DNA of 64,000 nt from Camelus dromedarius (lineage: Eukaryota): NCBI RefSeq assembly GCF_036321535.1, contig NC_087436.1, positions 122,576,001 to 122,640,000 of the forward strand. Direction: 5' to 3'. A program made the translations under genes and the position numbers. Every line of letters begins with the position of its first letter. Position 1 is the first letter of the stretch. The notes below the pieces were generated by a model. That model saw only the letters and a program-made list of their open reading frames with translations. It searched no databases and was not told the DNA's origin. Below are positions 59,200 through 64,000 of the stretch, in pieces.

Positions 59200-59900
59200 G
59201 GAGTAAGTAAGTTCATTACCTTCTACAACATGATAAGCCCCGTTCTGATTGCTGCATTAAGGGACAGCACTGCAAGATTATAAATTACAGGGGATGTGCT
59301 CACGTGTCTGTCTCTCTAGGGCCCGGTGGGAGAAGTTAATTATTTTCATAGGTCCAGATAGGGCACTGGGAGATCAGAACGGCTGCTTCCGGGTCCAGGC
59401 AAGAAGGATGCCGCCTCCTGCCCACCTCTGACGGGAGGGCCCCACGCCTGGCCTCCCTGGGGGGCCGCCCAGCCTCTCTCCCGGCTGCAGAGGGCCGGGT
59501 TAATGGGAATCTGCGGTTCCTCTTATTCCTGCGGTGAAGAGGAGTGGGCGGGGCTGAGCCCTCTGAGTGGCCAGTGGGGCCGTCAGTAACCCTGAAGGGC
59601 GCTCAGCAATCTTCTTTTCCCCCAATTGCCCACCACAGCCTATATTACAAATACATAAATCATAATGTTTCAACAAAAGCAAAATTTAATTTTCTCCTTT
59701 CAGCCGTTATCTGGGCTGGCGGTACGTGGCGGGCTGTGGCCGCCTCATTTATTACACCGTTGAATGGTGATGGCAGGCCGGGGGATCGGAGCCAGCTTTG
59801 TTAGGGCCCTGAATGTGCAGCCGTGGCTGCCCAATCTCTCCGCATCTGTAACAGACACACAGGGCTCTATTATTCCTTGCCAGAGCAAAATTAAATAGTT
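59200..59900. promoter_or_regulatory. Candidate conserved enhancer cluster
   Basis: TGATAAG, CATTAA, GATTATAAATTAC, GTTAATTA; ATAAATCA (TGATTTAT on the minus strand, 59655-59662), TTTAATT, TTATCT, TTTATTAC, AATTAAATAG. Confidence 0.5.
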
Positions 59901-60169
59901 GTGTGTGTGCCGGGGTGGGGGCTGTGGCTCCCCGGAGGCGGGTGGGGAGTTTCACGGGGAAGCCTGTTCGCCTGGCAGGCCAGCCCTGAGCCTGGGCAGG
60001 AGCTCGGGGTTCCCTGGGGCCCTCGCCGCTGGTGGGCTCGGGGCCAGGCCCTGGGGCCGGGGTCAGGTGCCATCTTGAACCACAGACATGGCCGGCACTG
60101 GCTTTGGCTCAGCGGTCGGGGACCCCACCTCCACGGCCTTGCCGCCTGCCTGTACCCACAATCGTGTGA

Positions 60170-60250
60170 TAGGCCCATTTCACAGACCCAGGAGGCTGAG
60201 GCCGGGGAGGCCATGACCTGCCTGGGCCGGGGCAGGACCCAGCGCTGCTC
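60170..60250 (-). mobile_element. MIR fragment (antisense)
   Basis: cccatttcacagacccaggaggctgaggccggggagg..atgacctgcc. Confidence 0.5.
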
Positions 60251-61179
60251 TCCTTGTTGGGCGCCTGCCCCGGGCGTGGTGTTTCTGGGAGAGCCGCCTG
60301 CCAGGACTGGGTGTCGGAGGTACCACGGCTCCGGTGCATGTGGAGAAGTTTCTCCAGATCCCAGAGCTAGAACCAGGGGCAGTGTGATTGGGGTGGGGGC
60401 TCACACCCCCCACAATCGGCCCACACCTGTTTCTGTCCCGTGGAGCCCCTCTCTGCCAGGCAGCCTGCAAACACATGTCTGACCCCTCCAGGTGTGTGTC
60501 CCCTTGCCCACGTCCCTTCCGTGGGACTTTCCTTGGCAGCTCTGAGAGTCAGGAGTCAGGAGTGCTCAGATTAAACCCTTGCCACCTTCCCCGGTGAGGA
60601 GAGCAGGCACCCTGGCCCCCATTCCCAGGTGGGGAGACTGGGTCCGGCGATGCCTTGTCCAGTGCACCAGGGTGGAGCTCACATCCATGCCCTGCTCAGG
60701 CCCAGGGCTCCCCCAGGAATCCCAGTGCGTGGTTCCTTCCTGCAAGCGCCCAGGGTGCAGACAGGGGAAGGGGACCCACCCTGGACCCTCTCTGAAGGGA
60801 CTGCTGTGGCTGTGGGACCAGTGGCCCTTGTCCCCTTGCCCCTCCTCCAGGATAGACAAACTCAGCCTGCGCCCTGGGCACAACGGGTCTGAAACGAGGG
60901 GAGCTGCAGAGGGTAGGGAGGAGACGCCACCCCATCGAGAGGCGGGAGGGACCAGGTGCCGCTCGTCTGGAAGTCACACAAGGAAAGCGTCCGGGGGGGA
61001 GAGCGATGCTGGGAGAGGGGCTGGGAGGAGGCTCGGGAATGGCCCACTCACTGGGTTCTAAGGCGTGGAGGCCCCGTGACCTCAGGCGGGCGGTTTCATT
61101 GGAAAGAGGGGGCGGCGGGAACTGGTTGAGTGGCTTTAAGGGAAGGGGTGCTGGGCACGGCCAGGTCGGGGAGAGGATC

Positions 61180-63650
61180 TATGTTTACCCACCTCTCCCT
61201 AGAAACAATGGAAAACCACATAGCAAACACACAGCCACAGCTTTGACGACACTGGACATCAGGCAAGGCCAGACGGAGACCCTGAGACAGAATACAGTGA
61301 GGGGAGCCCAGGGGGCACCTGGTTTGCTGCCTCAGAAGGTTTCCAGGCCGTAGGTGGGGGGACGCGGGGGGGGGCAGTGCAGAGTGAGCCGCCGGACCCC
61401 CTCAGTCAGGTGTGTGTGCAATTCCAGCTCTCAGGGGTGGAGGGGAAGACAGGGAAATGGCCAAGAAATAATGAGCAGGTTTTAGGAAGCCCGCAGGTCC
61501 AAGAAGCTCAACAAACCCGAAGCACAAGTTATCAGAACTATGATAAGGGTGAAGTCTTCAGAGCAGGCAGGGCGACAACCACCTTACGGACAAAGACCCG
61601 GAGGCCAGGGGACAGCAGGTTTCTCCCTGGAAGCGTGTGGACCAGGAGATACTAGAGCTGCATCTTTAAAGAGAGAAAACCACAGTGGTCAGCCTGGAAT
61701 TCTTCACTTGGGGAAAATACCCTTCCAACCCAAAGGCAGAATAAAGACTTTTTCAGACACGAGAAGATCTGAGAGCCTCCGTCACCCGCCATGAGAAGGG
61801 TCAGGGACATCCTCCAGGCAGAAGGAGTGACGCCAGAGGCAAACCTGCATCTACACGAAGGAACGGCGTGCCAGGAATGGTCGCCACAGTAACTGACTGC
61901 TTCAAGCAGAACAACAAAAGCCAATAATGCAACATTTCTAACAAGCATAGAAATATAATGGACAATAGCAGACCAGGCCAGTGCGGTGACGGCCCCGCGA
62001 CGTCAGGCAACGGCACTTAGAAGTCACACGAACGTGAGATAAACTGAAGACGCCTCCTGTAACCCTCAAGCAACCCTGAAATAGCAAAATTCAGAATGAC
62101 CACCGATAAACCAACAGAAGGAGTAAAGTCACAAAATACACTCAGTCCAAAAGAAGAGAGAAAAAGAGGGCAAAGGGGCTGAAGGTCAGACAAACAAACA
62201 AAAAAAAGAGGACGGACGTGAGCCTGGACATGCTGGCACTGCAGTCGGTGCAAATCGTCAAAACGCTCCGGCTGACCGAAGTGCAGAGCTGTCCAATCGG
62301 ATGGCCTACACGCCATCTGCGTGGGGCCCGCGGTGAACACAAAGCACAAAGACTGAACGGGTGGCTAAATGCCTTCTGAGAAAGGAAACCCCAAGCCCAC
62401 ACAGGTCTCAAGGAAGAAACAAAGCCGGTTCTGCAGGGCCTCTTCCAGAAGCCTGAAGAGAAGAAAGCACTTCGCAGCTCGTTCTGCGAGACACAAATCA
62501 CTCCGACAAACCACTGTGCGATGAAAGCAAAGAAAACCACTCACCGGCTTCCATCATGAGCATAAATGGAAAGGTTCTCAAACTTCAGCAAATGGAATCC
62601 ATCAGTGTTTTCAAAGGATCGTGACCGAATGGGATCTGTTTCAGGAAGGCAAGGTTGGTTTAGCTCTCAAAAATCAAAAATGTAATTCTTCATATTAATA
62701 GACTAAAAAAGAAAAACCTTATGACCATTTAAAGAGCCACAGAAAAAACACTTGATAAAATCCAGCAATCACTTCTAAGAAAAACCCTCAGTAAAACAGG
62801 CACAGGAAAGAACCTCCTCAGCTTGGCAGGGGGCACCCCGGAAGAGCCAACGGCTGACGCCACACTTACTGCTGACGCCACACTTACTGCTGACGCCACA
62901 CTTACTGCTGAAGGACTAGCGACCTTCACCCTAAGATCAGGGCAGAGGCAAGGGTGCCGTCCCCAGCTCTTCCGCTCGACACTGCACTGGGCATTCTAGC
63001 CAGTGCAGTAAGACAAAAGTAAAAACTGGATTTTTATTAATTTTAGTAACCTGGATTGGATTACCCAGATTGGAAAGCAAGTGATGGAGAGGAAGAAGTA
63101 ATACTTTATTCCTACACGGCAAGTTTGTCTGCATAGACAATCCTGTGGAATCTGCCAAAGGCTAATTGAACTAACACCTAAGCGAGCGAGCGTAGCGAGG
63201 TTGCAGGAACCAGACCGGTGCACGAAGGTCAGTGGTGCTCCTGTGCACTAGCAACAAACAGCTGGAAATTAAAGATTTAAAACAGCCTTTGCAACGCCAT
63301 CAGAAATATGGAATACGTGGGGGTGAATCTGACAAAACACGTGCGAGACCTGCACACTGAAAAGTACCAATCACTGCTGAGAGGAGTGAAGGAAGGGCTA
63401 AGCGAGGGCCAGCCAGACCCCGTGCCCCGGGCAGAGGGCGCGGGGCTGCCGCCACGTCCGTGCCCGCTCTCACCAATGTCCAGGCTGCCTGGGCCCGTCA
63501 GGGACCAGGCTGAGGCCCCCCACGGGGCGTGTGGGCCAGCGGGGAAGACAGGAGGGAAATGACGTGACACCGGTGACTGACAGGTGAGGGAAGTCCTGAG
63601 AAGGGACCACATGGCGGCCCCAGGAGGCCTCAGATTGGGAGGCCACTTGT
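61180..63650 (+). mobile_element. Ancient L1M (L1MC/MD-like) relic: 5' end, ORF1 and ORF2 remnants with large internal deletions
   Basis: gacactggacatcaggcaa...ccctgagac (old L1M 5' end). ORF 61540 QPGILHLGKIPFQPKGRIKTFSD resembles ORF1p QPRILYPAKLSFKNEGEIKTFSD. ORF 63308 EYVGVNLTKHVRDLHTEKYQSLL resembles ORF2p KYLGINLTKEVKDLYTENYKTLL. Confidence 0.9.
62853..62911. repeat. Perfect 18-bp tandem triplication inside L1 ORF2 relic
   Basis: gctgacgccacacttact x3 plus gctga. Confidence 0.97.
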
Positions 63651-64000
63651 CTGGAGGGCAGAGAGGATCCCCACCTGTCTTCCTGAGCCAACGCCACCTC
63701 TCACTGTCCTTAAGGACCAGCTGCACGAGGACCTGGCAGCCCTGGATCACCCTAGGATGCTCTGCCGCCCTGCCCAGGGCTGGCACTGGCTCTCAGCCCC
63801 GGGAGGCCCCCTCCCCAGGGCATTTCTGGGCTGCCCACCAGGGGCTGCCCCAACAGGAGGAGCGAACCCAGTGGCTCCTGGCCGGGGACGGGCATGGCTG
63901 GAGTGCCGCTTCAGGGGAGCATGAGCCTTGCTGCCAGGGGCCGGGGACTTGCAGGCACAAGGAGGGTGCTGAGAGCTCCCTGTTGGGGGTATGGGCACCA

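Noticed and set aside
1..64000. Hundreds of 60-315 aa ORFs in all six frames
   Set aside because: They are Pro/Gly/Ala/Arg-rich, overlap on both strands, many lack an ATG start, and show no recognisable domains. This is expected from stop-codon scarcity in GC-rich DNA. Small spliced exons cannot be excluded by eye.
1..64000. Naming the locus (a PRDM16/HMX1/EBF3/SALL3-type regulatory block)
   Set aside because: The architecture is compatible, but I recognise no exon or specific element, so no gene symbol is assigned.

Overview
This is GC-rich mammalian genomic DNA with no supportable protein-coding exon, RNA gene or prokaryotic-type system. The only ORFs with recognisable protein similarity are decayed LINE-1 ORF1/ORF2 remnants. 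The rest of the ORF track is what GC-rich, stop-poor DNA produces by chance. A young 5'-truncated L1 3' end with a target-site duplication at ~27.6-28.15 kb resembles, from memory, the camelid (Camelus/Vicugna) L1 tail, so the host is probably a camelid. The window holds ancient eutherian repeats (L1M-class, MIR, L2, MLT1 LTRs, a MER63-like hAT), several micro/minisatellites, and roughly 20 sharply bounded AT-rich, non-repetitive islands packed with homeodomain, PBX-HOX, MEIS, SOX and GATA motifs. These islands look like the conserved non-coding enhancer archipelago of a developmental regulator (a large intron or gene desert), in a region that seems to have undergone strong GC-biased gene conversion. 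I could not identify the target gene. Repeat-family names come from recalled consensus sequences and boundaries are approximate. I found no evidence of a genuinely new biological system; the findings are leads.
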